Source: Octopus sinensis (Eukaryota). From it: a stretch of 64,000 nt of DNA. The notes beneath the pieces were generated by a model. The model did not search any database, was not told the origin of the DNA, and saw only the letters and a program-made list of their open reading frames with translations. The number at the start of each line of letters is the position of its first letter. Position 1 is the stretch's first letter. Where the stretch lies: the NCBI RefSeq assembly GCF_006345805.1, contig NC_043009.1, positions 4,774,001 to 4,838,000 of the forward strand, read 5' to 3'. A program made the position numbers and the translations under genes. This document shows positions 43,736 to 56,060 of the stretch, in pieces.

Positions 43736-44517
43736 CGTTACCAAATATCAATGTTTAATCACTAGACTGCAACTATGTTCAAAATATTTACACGTACAAC
43801 CTCAAATGTAATGGAAACGGCCATGGATAAAAATGACGTTAATACGTAAGGTTCATAATGAAGGACACCTGAATGAAGATTCCCAACGCTTTCCTATCAA
43901 AGAAATTTCAGAATCTAACAAAATAATGAAACATCTAGTGAAGGCATGAAACATCAATGAAAGTGCTGAAAGTGCCCTGGATGTTATTGATCACTCATCG
44001 ATTCTGTGATTACTCTAAAATATTCATGATTAATGATTTTTTTTTTTGGAAAAGAATACTAAAAATCTATTCAGTGGTCCAAAAGGAAAAAAAATAATTA
44101 AGCAACGTGAACAAAACACGTAAAGAAATTAAAAGAACATTTAGAAGTAGACGAAGCAGGTAAGATGCAACCCATACATCTGAAGTCAAATATCGAAAAC
44201 AAATAATATAATTTTTCTGAATCAGATGTAAACACAAGCTGAGCCAGAAAATTAGTAGAAAACACTAACTATTCCAATAATTAACCTATATTTGGAATGT
44301 ATTTGATTAGAAAATAAATGAATGAAGAAACATCGACATAAGACAAGAAAATAATCAGGATGTATAATAAGCTATTCTAAATCTGATACAAACAAGCTAC
44401 ATACAGATCTACAGACTTCACAAGATGTAACTCCTGGTTATATCGAAAGGGTTATATCGTAGAGTCACTTCGTATCTCGAGTCTTACAGCACACATTCAC
44501 TCGGCTGTTATGCAGAC

Positions 44518-44968
44518 TGGAGGCGCAATGGCCAGTGGTTAGGGCAGCGGACTCGCGGTCATAGGATCGCGGTTTCGATTCCCAGACCGGGCGTTGTGAG
44601 TGTTTATTGAGCGAAAACATCTAAAGCTCCACGAGGCTCCGGCAGTGGATAAATTAAGTACCACTTGCGCACTGAGATCGATTTAATTGGCTGTCCTCCT
44701 CCCCCCAAATTTCGCGACTTGTGCCTAGAGTAGAAAATATATTTCCACGATTTAAAGGCGGTGAACTGGCAGAATCGTTAGAACGAAAGTTAAAGTGCTT
44801 AGCATTTCGTCCGTCTTTACGTTCTGAGTTCAAATTCCACCGAGGTCCACTTTACTTTTCATCCTTTTGGTGTCGATAAAATAAGTACTAGTTGAGCACT
44901 GGGGACGGTGTAATCTACTTATCTCCCACCCCCAAAAAGCTGCTGGCCTTGTACCAAAATTTGAAAGC
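44518..44968 (+). mobile_element. SINE cluster: family D tRNA head fused to a family B 3' part, followed by a full family B copy (44755-44968)
   Basis: GGAGGCGCAATGGCCAGTGGTTAGGGCAGCGGACTCGCGG head; GATAAATTAAGTACCA from ~44648; second B copy follows. Confidence 0.82.
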
Positions 44969-45403
44969 AATATTTCCACTGTCTCTTTCAATACCTCTAC
45001 GATGGTTGAGAAGCTTTCCAGAACGATAGCCACTCTGTTTATCAGCTAACTTAGGCTCAACAATGTTCCTAGATCTCATTTTCAGACACTTAGATTAGAT
45101 TCTGCTGGGGGTATCTTAAAAAAAATATTCCTCTACATTTAGTGCAATCTCATTTTGCCTCTTATATAATATCTTAGGATTATCATTCCGGATTGCATTA
45201 TGCATTTGAATAGTAACACACCAAGATAAGTTACATTAACGGGGCAAAAAAAATAAACGATCCAAATGAGCAATGTTAACTATAAATATATAAACTCCAC
45301 CAAATGGTGAGAAAATGTAGCTTATCTGCCAGCAATATTAATAATAATAATAATAATATAATAATAATAATAATAATATAATAATAATAATAATAATAAT
45401 AAT

Positions 45404-47251
45404 AAGGCCTTCGACAGTATACCGCATCCATGGATCTTGAGATCGCTGGACATCTTCAAAATTTCCCCAGTGATTTCAAACTTCCTGAAGCACAATATGT
45501 CGTTGTGGAATACGAATCTCCAATTATACCACTCTAATGGAGTACTTGCCTCAGAAAATATAAGCATCAACTGCGGAATTTTTCAAGGTGACTCACTTTC
45601 ACCTTTAATATTCTGCATAGCCCTAATACCCCTTACAAGTGAATTAAACAGAACAGGGTATGGGTATAAAATTGCCAATAAAAAAGTAAGCCATCTATTT
45701 TATATGGATGACTTAAAACTTTATGGTAAAGACAATAATGAACTTGAAGGCCTATTGCGCACCGTGAAAGCATTCAGCGATGACATCGGGATGGAGTTTG
45801 GACTTGAGAAGTGTGCCAAGGCCACTTTCCAGAAAGGGAAAGTGAAGACCACAAATTCAGTCGTGTTAGATGTTGACACAGTCATAAGAGAGCTTGAGCA
45901 AGAACAAACATACAAATATTTAGGGATAAATGAAGGCTTTGGTATTCAGCATGCAAGCATGAAAGAGAAAATCAGGAAGGAATGTTATAGGAGAGTTCGT
46001 GCAGTCCTGAAATCTGAACTAAATGCACGTAACAAGGTGTTAGCTATAAATTCCCTAGCAGTTCCAGTTGTTACTTATAGCTACAATGTGTTGAACTGGA
46101 ATATGAGTGAAGTAAAGAATATAGATAGAAAAATACGCAAGCTGCTGAGTTGTAATAGGATGCACCACCCAAAGGCAGACGTAGATCGCCTTTACCTTCC
46201 CAGAGCCCAAGGAGGTCGAGGCCTGATCCAATTTGAACTAGCTTACAAAACAACCACAATTGCACTGGTCAAATATCTCGAAATATCGAATGACTGGATG
46301 CTAAAGCTCGTGGAAAATCACGAGAGACGAAAGAAGCTTCATTCTATCATCAAGGAAAGCAAAAAATTTGCTATTGATCTCGTGCAGGATACCCAAACTG
46401 AACAACCCGAGGGAAGTACGGCAACTATTGTTGCAAAGAAGGTGAAAATGATGGCAACGAAAAAAGCGCACGAGCAATTGGCTGATAGGTGGGAGGAGAA
46501 ACCTCTGCCCGGCAAATATGTGACCCGCAGTAAACAAGCTGATGTTGACCAGAAGCAAACCCATCAGTGGCTGCGGAGCTCGGGGCTAAAAGCAGAGAGC
46601 GAAGGTTTCATCCTGGCTGCTCAAGACCAAAGCCTATCAACCCGGAACTACCAGGCCAATGTGATGAAAAATGGAGCAGACCCAAAATGCCGATTCTGCA
46701 ACGACATGATTGAAACAGTGGACCACCTAATCTCTGGATGTAAAGTCTTAGCACCAGTGGAGTATAAATTAAGACATGACAGAGTTGGCCAATATCTACA
46801 CTGGCTAATAAGTCGGCATTACAATATCAAAACTGCCGACAAGTGGTATAATCACCACCCTGAGGCTGTAACTGAAGGAGAAAATGTAACCATTCTGTGG
46901 GACTTTCCAGTACATACAGACCGAACCATCAAGGCCAATAAACCAGATATTGTTGTGAAAGACCAAAACAAAGTTTGCTTATTGATCGACATGAGCATCC
47001 CCTGTGATCATAATATCTCAGCGAAAGAGTTTGACAAGCTCAGAAAATATAAAAACCTACTCATTGAAATTGAGAAAATGTGGCATCTCAAGGCGGTTAC
47101 AATACCAGTGATCGTAGGAGCACTAGGAATGATCAAGAAGGGAACCGAAAATTATATGAGAATGATCCCTGGCTTACCATCCCTGCAAGAAGTGCAAAAG
47201 ATTGTTTTAACTGGTACATCACACGTATTGAGAAGAGCATTGTCGATGTGA
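45404..47251 (+). CDS. 5'-truncated R4/Dong-clade non-LTR retrotransposon ORF: reverse transcriptase + CCHC + restriction-like endonuclease
   Basis: Uninterrupted frame from KAFDSIPH through GIFQGDSLSP, YMDD, YKYLG, CRFC..ETVDHLISGC, RHD, KPDIVV..LIDMS..KY; no native start codon. Confidence 0.95.
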   Translation, partial: KAFDSIPHPWILRSLDIFKISPVISNFLKHNMSLWNTNLQLYHSNGVLASENISINCGIFQGDSLSPLIFCIALIPLTSELNRTGYGYKIANKKVSHLFYMDDLKLYGKDNNELEGLLRTVKAFSDDIGMEFGLEKCAKATFQKGKVKTTNSVVLDVDTVIRELEQEQTYKYLGINEGFGIQHASMKEKIRKECYRRVRAVLKSELNARNKVLAINSLAVPVVTYSYNVLNWNMSEVKNIDRKIRKLLSCNRMHHPKADVDRLYLPRAQGGRGLIQFELAYKTTTIALVKYLEISNDWMLKLVENHERRKKLHSIIKESKKFAIDLVQDTQTEQPEGSTATIVAKKVKMMATKKAHEQLADRWEEKPLPGKYVTRSKQADVDQKQTHQWLRSSGLKAESEGFILAAQDQSLSTRNYQANVMKNGADPKCRFCNDMIETVDHLISGCKVLAPVEYKLRHDRVGQYLHWLISRHYNIKTADKWYNHHPEAVTEGENVTILWDFPVHTDRTIKANKPDIVVKDQNKVCLLIDMSIPCDHNISAKEFDKLRKYKNLLIEIEKMWHLKAVTIPVIVGALGMIKKGTENYMRMIPGLPSLQEVQKIVLTGTSHVLRRALSM

Positions 47252-47420
47252 GAACTGTTGCTGCTCATGTATTTTAATTTAACTTAAAAAAAAAAAAATG
47301 AACGAACTACTGAGTTTGGTTTAATGGCCTACCAATATACACTATGAGTTTCTTTGCCCTAAGAGTCGGGAAGACACTCGGCAAGAAATGGAAGAAAATT
47401 TGAAAGAAGAAAAAAAAAAA
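45404..47420 (+). mobile_element. Dong/R4 LINE insertion in a (TAA)n microsatellite
   Basis: (TAA)n immediately 5'; 3' UTR ends in an A-run followed by (TAA)n. Confidence 0.93.
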
Positions 47421-47492
47421 GTAATAATAATAATAATAATAGTAATGTAATAATGATAATAATGATGATGATGATGATGATGATAATAAAAA

Positions 47493-47575
<83 letters not shown>

Positions 47576-47971
47576 TAATAATGATAATAATGATGATGAT
47601 GATGATAATAAAAATACTACTACTACTACTACTACTACTACTAATAATAATAATAATAATAATAATAATGCAATAATTCAAGTTGCTTTGTTTTACATTT
47701 CTAATTTCAGCCGCATCCGCAGCATTTCCCTCAGATCTGATTTGAGACAGAAATAAATTATAAATCTCTCTCTAAAAACAAGATTAAAAAAAAAACAAGA
47801 GAAAAGATGATTTAAGTCGCATCAATAAATGTCTAAAAGATAACAATACATTTCAGAGTTAAATATTTTATTAAAAGAGACCAACAGAGAGAGAAGGAAA
47901 GAGAGAGAGAGAAAGAGAGAGAGAGAAAGAGAGAGAGAGAAAGAGCGAGAGAGAAAGAGAAAGCGAAACAT

Positions 47972-48004
<33 letters not shown>

Positions 48005-48054
48005 AATAGAATAAAAAAAGTGGAGGAGAGGAAGAGAGAGTCAGAGAAATACAT

Positions 48055-48150
48055 TGTGCGTGAGTGACGGAATGAGTGACAGAAGAGTGACAGATTGAGG
48101 GCGGGGGTAATCGATGACATGATGACCAGTTTCCCGAAAATGGTGAGTGA
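48055..48150 (+). promoter_or_regulatory. Candidate promoter: three tandem TALE (PBX-PREP/MEIS) decamer-like sites, GC box, AAAATG|GTGAGT
   Basis: TGAGTGACGG, TGAGTGACAG, AGAGTGACAG, GGGCGGGG, ATG at 48140-48142 followed by consensus donor GTGAGT. Confidence 0.3.
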
Positions 48151-48431
48151 TTTTTGCTGTAGAGAAGACCTGTATAGAGAACAGGAAATATAGAGGAAGT
48201 ATAAGAATGTATTTGCAGTATGTGTGTGTGTGTGTGTGTGTATATATAAAATACAAAATGGGACAAAGAAGCAAAACATCCGGACAACTAAGTGTTACAA
48301 AAAGGGACAACAAAACATCCAGATAGACGATACAAAAAACAAGGACGGGTCATTCGAAGCTTTCTATCCTCAGTCAAGAACCGGATCATCCTTACAATTT
48401 CGGCTGGTGTGTGTGTGTGAGAGTGTGTGTG

Positions 48432-48673
48432 TGGAGGCGCGTGGCTTAGTGGTTAGGTTGTCAGCATCATGATCGTAAGATTGTGGTTTCGATTCCTGGA
48501 CCGAGCGACGCGTTGTTTTCTTTAGCAAAACACTTCATTTCACGTTGCTCCAGTCCACTCAGCTGGCAAAAATGAGTAACGCTACGATGGACTGGCGTCC
48601 CGTCCAGCTGGGGAACACATACGCCATAGAAACCTGGAAACCGGGCCCATGAGCCTGGCTAGACTTGAAAAGG
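48432..48673 (+). mobile_element. SINE family C copy
   Basis: Colinear with 11446-11700. Confidence 0.9.
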
Positions 48674-48724
<51 letters not shown>

Positions 48725-48741
48725 GTATATGCACACGCTGT

Positions 48742-49098
48742 AGTGGACGCGCAATGTCCCAGTGGTTAGGGCAGAGGACTCGCGGTTTCGATTCCCAGAT
48801 CTAACGTTGAGAGTTTCTTGAGCGAAAAAAACCTAATGATCCACGTGGCCCTGGCAAGGGTATGTGGCTTTACGCTTCAATACCACTTTCTTTCACACTT
48901 TCTTCCTGTTTCCGACGTACAAGTATTTCAAAGGGCCAGCCTTGTCACACTCTGTGTCACGCTGAATCTCCCCGCGAACTACGTTAAGGGTACACGTGTC
49001 TGTGGCGTGCTCAGCCACTTGGAAGGTAATTTCACGAACTGACTGCTCCATTGACCGGATCAACTGGAACCCTCGTCGTCGGAACCGACGGGTAGCCA
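48742..49098 (+). mobile_element. SINE family D copy
   Basis: tRNA-like head shared with 44518; distinct 3' body ending CCCTCGTCGTCGGAACCGACGG. Confidence 0.8.
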
Positions 49099-49181
49099 TG
49101 ACACGCGCATACATACGTACATGCACATATATGAATTCATGTTTGTATATATATATCTGTATACATACATACATACATATA

Positions 49182-49296
<115 letters not shown>

Positions 49297-50050
49297 GTAT
49301 GTATGTATATGTGTGTGTGCGTCTTGTGTGCGTACGTATGTATGTATGTATATATATCATATATATATATATATATATATAATATATATATATATACATA
49401 TGTATGTACGTATGAGGTGCATTGCGTTTCATTTATTGGTGTCTATGTGAAAGCGTATGACTATGAAAGTTTGCTTTTGTGTCTGTTTGCGAATTAATTT
49501 TCAGTGTCTGTCATTGACATTGTTCTGGAAGCTATCTGTGGGTATTCATATTAAAAACTTCAAATGAGCAGTGAAACGAGATTTAGTGTTCCTGTTGAAG
49601 ATAAATTTATAATGTGCGCTGGTTTATAACAAACAAAGAATTATAAACGTACGTAAGTGTGTGGGTAGATGCGTGGATTTGAAAAGCAGAACGATGGGTA
49701 GAGGGAGAGAGGGAGGGAGAGAGAGAAAGAGAGATAGAAGGATAGATAGAGGGAAGCAGAGAAAATGACAGTGTCAGAGACACATTGGAATGCAGAGAGA
49801 GAGAGAGAGAGAAAGAGAGAAAGAGAAAGAGAGAATGAGGGAGAGAGAGAGAGACAGAGAGACAGAAAATAGGTGTGAAAGAGGTAAAGATAAACCGAGG
49901 GAAACAGAGAGAGAATGACAGTCACAGGCATAGAGTGATGGGCAGAGAGACAGAGAGAAATGGGGAGAAAGACAGAAAGATGAGAGAAAGTGAGAAAGAC
50001 AGAAAGGAAATGTAAGACAGAAAAAGGAAAAAAAGCAATGAGAGATAGAC

Positions 50051-50085
<35 letters not shown>

Positions 50086-50890
50086 GAGAGGAAGAAAGGG
50101 AGAGAGAGAGAGAGAAGAAGAAGAAGAATACAGTAAGATATAGAGCGAGTTAGACGGGGAGAAAGAAATTGAAACAAAGCGAGACACAGACCGAAAGTGT
50201 CAGAGAGAAAGTGAGGGAGAAAAGAAAAAAAAGAAAGAGCAAACAATAGAAAGAAAGAAAGAGATAAAGAGAGAGAGAAGAACACTGAATTATCACGATA
50301 CAGGTGATCGGCATTAAATTTTTTTTTTGAATCACTTAAAAATTATATTTGACAAACTAACAAATATAAAAATAAAAACATTTTGAATAGATTTATGAAA
50401 AGATATAACATTTTCGAACATTATATTTTATGATGCAAAAAGTTTAATGGAAAACCGTAAAAATAAAATTCATTTGACACAATATAATAATTTTCATATT
50501 TTTATATAACCATAAAGAACAAAAAACAATTATCTTCTCTGAAATATTTTAATCGAAGCAAGTTTATTACTTAAACTTGATAAGTAATCACAGGTAGTTC
50601 ATTATGTCACCTGTGCGACATGTTATATTGATGCAGTGCATCAATGCCATTACCTCCGTTGCTGAATACTAACTAAAATGCGCCACTGATAACGCCACTA
50701 TCAAAGCTTCACGCTGAAGTTGAGGCTGAGAAAGTGTCGAAAAGTTAATGGATTTGCTTTGTTATTATTCCGAATTAATCGCAAAAGACATAAGTGGTAA
50801 CTTCAATAAAGCCAAAATATATGGTCCCAGAATGAGAGGGAATCTATATATATGGTTTGATCTTTGACTTCTGGCCGGAATCAGATCGCC

Positions 50891-51097
50891 ATGTTGATTC
50901 GCTAGCTTCTGCACGCATTTTTTTTCTTCCTTGTTTCTCTCCGTGTTTCTTTTCTGTGTATCTTTCTGTTGAAGAGCGTAGGCTCGAAACGTAAAAGACT
51001 TGTTTTATTTATATTCCTGAGCGCCATACTAATACAATTGTTTGTTTGTATTCCACCTGCCTTCGTCTTTTGTTTATTTTCATAAAGCTTCCCGTTA
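50891..51097 (+). mobile_element. ~205-bp Penelope-type pLTR/retrozyme-like repeat, copy 1
   Basis: Near-identical copy at 62091-62296; contains an HHR motif; ends in (TA)n. Confidence 0.85.
50961..50998 (+). ncRNA. Minimal type-I hammerhead ribozyme, A6U core variant
   Basis: TCTTT-CTGTTGA-A-GAGC GTAG GCTC-GAA-ACGT-A-AAAGA: perfect stems I and II, palindromic stem III. Confidence 0.75.
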
Positions 51098-51249
51098 TAT
51101 ATATATATGAGGGGGTGAGGCACACATACGCACCCGTTCATCACTCAGATTAACATGTAGCTGGATTATATACCTGTCTTTTCTAAATTTTTCTGCCGGT
51201 CAATATCATTATAGTATTGTCTTAAACTTTATTATTTCGTTTGTAAATT

Positions 51250-52740
51250 TTATTGAGAGCTCTTCAAAAAGTTCCATAAGAGGAATACTTTATTTTACAT
51301 TTTTATTTACGTATGCGAATCGAAAGTTTTGTGGTATTTGCATACGCGCTAGTTTGCGGTATATATATCATGTGAGAGAAGCAGTTGAACTGCTTCTGTC
51401 ACAGGATATATGTGCCGCAAGCGTTAGCACGCCGGGCGAAAGGCTTAGTGGTATTTCGTCTGCCGTTACGTTCTGCGTTCAAATTCCGCCGAAGTCGACT
51501 TTGCTTTTCATCCTTTCGTGGCCGATAAATTAAGTACCAGTTACGCACTGGGGTCGATATAATCGACTTAATCCCTCTGTCTGTTCTTGTTTGTCCCCTC
51601 CATGTCTAATCACTTGTGGGCAATTATGAAATAAGAAGCAGTTCAACTCTGGACCTTAACAACTGAAATAGGTAGTATCGTGGTAGTTGGTGCGCTGATA
51701 TGTTATGCAATGTTTTACTCCGTAGGTCATTTCAAAGCCGCACAGGCAAGTGTTCAAAGTAAGCAAAAAGCTTTGTCGTGTGATATGTGAAGTAAAAAAC
51801 ACAGTAAAAAACACAATAAAAAACACAAAAACAAAACAAAAAACATATGTTTCAAGAAGAACCTCGTGGATCAAGTAAGGTTGTGTAGACCTTAGAACTT
51901 TGGATTCCGAAGCTATATTCCAAGTCATAGAGGTAAATCAGGCGAGAAGCATTTAGAGTATGTAGCAAACTGGGTATCTGACAGTCTAGTGTGGTTCGTC
52001 ACCTTCACGACCTCGGCAAAACCATCTGAATCCTGCCTCACAATTTGACCCCGGTTTAAGCAAAGAGGCGAGTGAAAATCCCGCGTGATCTGCGTTTCGT
52101 CGAAAGGATAATAACGCGTGATGAATATTGGATATTTTCCCGCAATGCCAACGGGCCTAAGGGGCGGTTATTTGAAAGCCAGCTTTCGGAACCTCACCCC
52201 AAACATGAGCGTTACGAACACAAGGTGCGTCTGGTCGAATTATTTGGGAATAATATTCACTACGGGTTCGTTCCTGACGATGGAATCATCGGTGCCAGCC
52301 AGTACTCCGAACAACTGCAGCAGACGTATGCCAATCTATGGCAAAACTACTCAGCGTTCATTAATAGAAAGCAAACTCTTCTACAGCAAGACACTGTTAG
52401 AGATCATACCGCTCGAACGACCCAGGATAAATTCCAGGAGCTTGATGGAATCGAACTGATGCCACACCCAGCTTATAGTCCGGAACTAGTTCTCTCAGAT
52501 TATTACAAGATTCGATCTATGGCTCTCATCTTCATCTCGGGACGCTTCACGCAAATATAAAAGAGTTCTTCGGCTCGAAGGACAAGAACTGGTACCAGAG
52601 TGGGATCAAAAACCTGCCAGTAAAGTGGCTTCATTCATTGCAACATTCTCCTTTCACTGTTAGGCTATTTTTCTTATATATTGGAGAATAATCCAAATAA
52701 GTCACCCAAGTAATGCAAACGTTTTGACTCAGTCTATTTA
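51250..52740 (+). mobile_element. mariner (DD34D-type) transposon relic with nested SINE
   Basis: 52072-52560: RIITRDEYWIF, IHYGFVP, LLQQDTVRDHTA, PHPAYSPELVLSDYY; degenerate TIR-like ends (boundaries approximate). Confidence 0.82.
51420..51633 (+). mobile_element. SINE family B variant with a different 3' tail
   Basis: CGTTAGCACGCCGGGCGAAA..GTCGACTTTGCTTTTCATCC..GATAAATTAAGTACCAG; tail TTTGTCCCCTCCATG..GTGGGCAATTATGAAATAAG. Confidence 0.85.
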
Positions 52741-52816
52741 TATGTATGAGCATATTCATGCGTACATACATACATACATACATACATACATACATACATA
52801 CATACATACATACATA

Positions 52817-52874
<58 letters not shown>

Positions 52875-53016
52875 GCTGCAGCATAGCCGCAGTCAAATGA
52901 CTGAAACAAGTAAGAGAGTAAAGGAGTAAAAGAGTATATCTCTGTGCGTATGTGAGAGTGTATACACATGCTTGCTTATATATATACACACTCATACACA
53001 CGCACATATACATGTG

Positions 53017-53049
<33 letters not shown>

Positions 53050-53142
53050 GTGTGTGTCTGTGTGTGTAGGGGAGTGTGTATGTTTGCGTGCAGATTTAAA
53101 TGAATATACACACATTCATACACACACGCATATATATGTATG

Positions 53143-53243
<101 letters not shown>

Positions 53244-53280
53244 CATACATATGCACACACATACATATAAGATGTATGTA

Positions 53281-53748
53281 CAGGGTGCGGTGACTAAACT
53301 GTCGCCTAACTTACGCAAAAACGAAAATAACCCTCTTGATCCACGACAGCACTACTTCCTGCAGGCACTTGTAGGGTACTGTGTTGAGTCTGATGCCGTT
53401 TGGGAAAACTAATGGAAGCATAACGTCGCCAATCACTAATAAACACTCCAATCACCATGATGTTGACTGCATGTTTGATTTTTATCCCTCTCAGTACTTT
53501 CACTTTCTTCAGATTGACACCCGAACACTCTGAAATGTTTGTATTGGAGCTTCCGGCGCGAATGCCATTCAGTAGAGCATGTCGTTTCCGAATTTTTGGC
53601 AGAGTGTATTGCGTGATGGTGCTGAATTTCTCACAGAAGATACCCAACTGACCCTACTATATTGTGTCGTCGACAAGATCAAAAGGAAACAATGCGCGTG
53701 CGCGAAATTAAAATGATAAAATGGTGACAATTTGCCCATCACACCCTG
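53281..53748 (-). mobile_element. Internally deleted maT/mariner-type element (MITE-like)
   Basis: TA TSDs; TIRs CAGGGTGCGGTGACTAAACTGTCGCC vs CAGGGTGTGATGGGCAAATTGTCACC; residual transposase [34 protein letters not shown]. Confidence 0.82.
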
Positions 53749-53926
53749 TATGTACGGATATAACCGTACATGCAAATTTATTATTTGCATAAGTGAATAC
53801 ATGCACACATACATACACATACATACATACATGCATACACATACATGCATACACATACATACATACATATATACATGCATATATACATACATACATACAT
53901 ATATATATATATACATATATATAATA

Positions 53927-54084
<158 letters not shown>

Positions 54085-54107
54085 ACATATATACACATAC
54101 AAATATA

Positions 54108-54436
54108 TGGCTCAGTGGTTAGAGCGTCGAGCTTACGATCGTGAGGTTGTGAGCTCGAATCCCGGACCGGGCTGCGTGTTGTGTTCTTGAGCAAGACACT
54201 TTATTTCACGTTGCTCCAGTTCACTCAGCTGTAGAAATGAGTTGCGACGTCACAGGTGCCAAGCTGTATCGACCTTTGTCTTTCCCTTGGATAACACTGG
54301 TGGCGTGGTGAGGGGAGGCTGGTATACATGGGCGACTACTGGTCTTCCATAAAAACAACCTTGCCCAGACTTGTGCCTCAGAGGGTAACTCTCTAGGTGC
54401 AAACCCATGGTCACTCATGACCGAAGGGGGTCTTTA
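54108..54436 (+). mobile_element. SINE family E (tRNA head, middle shared with family C, unique tail) in (TA)n
   Basis: GGCTCAGTGGTTAGAGCG A-box, GCTCGAATCCC B-box, TGTGTTCTTGAGCAAGACACTTTATTTCACGTTGCTCCAG shared with C. Confidence 0.88.
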
Positions 54437-54437
54437 T

Positions 54438-54511
<74 letters not shown>

Positions 54512-54875
54512 TATGTGTGTGTGCGTGTATACATGCACGTATAGAAATGTCTAAGCATTATCAGAGACTAAGACATTGCTACGAAGATATGGAAATATTG
54601 AAAGATCAATAGACAGATAAATGAAAATATTGCGTTCATCTAGCCACAACACAATTACTATATTTGCTGGGAGAGACAGCCGGGAGCGCTAGAGAAATCT
54701 AGAGAGTAGGAGTTTAAAACGTATTCACAATAGTTACAGAAAAAAAAACTATTATAAAAATAAAACGCAAGAATTTTTCTTGCTTCAGCTTCCTCTCTTT
54801 CTTCCACTCATTCATTTCTCTTTTCATTTTCCTCGCTTTTTTTCCGATCCCTCCTCTCTCTTTCTGCCTGCTGTT

Positions 54876-54911
<36 letters not shown>

Positions 54912-55264
54912 AATCTCTCCAGTTTAGTTTCTAAGTAAAATTGTAGAATTGTATTTCTGAAGTAAGATCGTATCGTGCACCGATGCTCTCAGCGATTTTC
55001 AAATTCGTTTGTTGAGATTACTATAATGCTAAACCACACAACATTGCCTTATTTTAGAATAAGCTTTTTCGGCCATCATGCTTGAGCAAGCAAAGTATAT
55101 ATATAGACATTTATGATGATTTGCACGTGAGCTTAGTGGAAAAAACATTGATGGAGCAGTAAATCTGCTGAACGTTGAAAACAACAGGCAGAGGATGCGG
55201 TGGCGTGGATAAATACAAAACATTAAATAAAGAAACCGTGATTGACGTAGCCGTGTTAATAATA

Positions 55265-56060
55265 GAGCTGGTGTTGTTGTTGCTGTTTCTGTTAGTGCTG
55301 CTGCTGCTGCTACTTCTGCTGCTGCGACTTCTGCTGCTGCCACTTCTGCTGGGCCTGATTCTGGTGATGATGATAGGTGGTTGATTGTGACGGTTATGGT
55401 GAATGTGTTTTTGGTGGTGGCGTTTGTAGTGATGGTGATGGTGGTGGTGTTTAGTGGCGGAGGCGTTTGTGGCGATGGTATTTTTGGGATGGCGGCAGTG
55501 GTTGTGGCGGTATTGGTGTTTGGTGGTGATTGTGGTGGTATTGGTGTTTGGTGGTGATTGTGGTATAGGTAGTAGTTGCTGGTGGTGCTGGTTGTGGTGG
55601 TGGTAGTAGCGTTTGGTGTTAGTGGTGGTATTTGTATTCGGTAGTGATGGAGTTCGTACTGGTGGTATCTGATGATGGTGGCCGTGTTCCTGGGATGATG
55701 GTAGTATTTGTGGTGGTGGTGGTGGCATTTGTGTTGGTGGTAATGGTGATGTTAGCTTTCATGGTATTGGTGGTGCTTGCATTGGTGTTCTCAGTGGTGA
55801 TGGTGGTGTTGCTGATGCTGGATTTCGTGGTACTGGGGCTGCTTGGTGGTGATGTTCGTTGTGGGGTTTGTAGTGATGGTTATATATTGATGATTATAAG
55901 CATCGGGTCTATTCATATGTTTTAAGTAGACTCAGAAACCGTAGAAGGGATGCTGGTCTACAAGATGTGAAAAGTAAAATGTAAAAGGTGATAGTGATGA
56001 TGACGGTGGTGGTGATGTTGATGAGGATGATGATGAGGAGGACGACGGTGACGGTCTTGT
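55265..56060. repeat. Degenerate (GGT/GTG/GAT)n low-complexity tract
   Basis: Triplet-rich, strongly G/T-skewed. Confidence 0.85.

Noticed and set aside
50627-50645. Perfect 19-nt palindrome ATTGATGCA-G-TGCATCAAT
   Set aside because: Isolated, too short for a miRNA precursor, plausible by chance
54108-54175. tRNA gene (also 11450, 44520, 48435, 2435)
   Set aside because: tRNA-like heads continue into SINE bodies and lack a proper acceptor stem and terminator
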